DNA of 15,617 bases from Candidatus Micrarchaeota archaeon. GTDB taxonomy: Archaea; Micrarchaeota; Micrarchaeia; Anstonellales; Bilamarchaeaceae. The translations under genes and the position numbers were made by a program. This document shows positions 15,200 to 15,617 of this stretch, one piece after another; positions within the stretch are counted from its first letter, which is position 1, and every line of letters starts with the position of its first letter. The notes below the pieces were generated by a model that was not told the DNA's origin, made no database searches, and saw nothing but the letters and a program-made list of their open reading frames with translations. The stretch spans positions 1-15,617 of the forward strand of contig JAQBFN010000034.1 of the NCBI GenBank assembly GCA_032123335.1. The letters are read 5' to 3'.

Positions 15200-15617
15200 A
15201 TGGGAACCAGCAAGGCGTTTGTATTCTCGCTTGATTCATTTGTAGCGTTCGTCCTTACTGTTGCAGCTTTGTATTCCCTCCTGTTTTTCTCAACTGTTCC
15301 CTCAGCATACTACTCTTCCCTTATGCAGGCAAATTACCTTGCAAAGGATACACTGCTCACTCTCGCAACAACTATTGTTGACGACGGCGCCGTGCACTGC
15401 CCGGAAGCCCTGGTTGGCGAAACATACCTTTCCTGCATCCTTTCCGGCCCGGATGATGAGATCCCGGATGTGAATGAGGATGCTGCGCGCAACTATATCG
15501 GTTCGGAAGCAACCACTTCCTGGGGGGAAGGCATTTACAATCCAAGTGCCCTGGTTCCCGCACAATTCGGCTACAAGCTGGAGTATATGCATTTTGATGA
15601 AGGTGAAGGGGGAGAGA
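15200..15617 (+). CDS. Pilin-like protein with a class III signal peptide (5' part; runs off the right edge)
   Basis: Translated by hand: MGTSKA|FVFSLDSFVAFVLTVAALYSLLFFSTVPSAYYSSLMQANYLAKDTLLTLAT..., open to the window end. It has a short basic leader, a KA|F cleavage-like site and a hydrophobic helix. Not in the ORF track. Confidence 0.75.
   Translation, partial: MGTSKAFVFSLDSFVAFVLTVAALYSLLFFSTVPSAYYSSLMQANYLAKDTLLTLATTIVDDGAVHCPEALVGETYLSCILSGPDDEIPDVNEDAARNYIGSEATTSWGEGIYNPSALVPAQFGYKLEYMHFDEGEGGE

Noticed and set aside
15261..15592. ORF-track entries 15261..15473, 15302..15592 and 15372..15563
   Set aside because: They are shadows of the open pilin-like frame starting at 15200.

Overview
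Gene-dense archaeal chromosomal window. The gene set, overlapping genes and apparently leaderless starts suggest a DPANN/Micrarchaeota-like genome, which is inference only. In order: the 5' part of leucyl-tRNA synthetase (minus strand, missing from the ORF track because it runs off the left edge); a 6.8-kb operon of six tandem, highly diverged paralogous polytopic membrane proteins (1157-7953); a MidA/NDUFAF7-family SAM methyltransferase; a HARP protein-only RNase P convergent with a Pab1020/Rnl3-family RNA ligase; a CPA1 cation:proton antiporter; CDP-archaeol synthase CarS; a HEAT-repeat-like hypothetical protein; SppA; a membrane-anchored Cys-repeat protein; and the 5' part of a pilin-like gene with a class III signal peptide. 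The best candidate for an undescribed system is the six-paralog operon. Its shared motifs resemble CedA/VirB6-type conjugation or DNA-transfer channel subunits, and it may encode a hetero-oligomeric membrane channel whose ATPase lies outside this window. No rRNA, tRNA, CRISPR array or mobile element was found.
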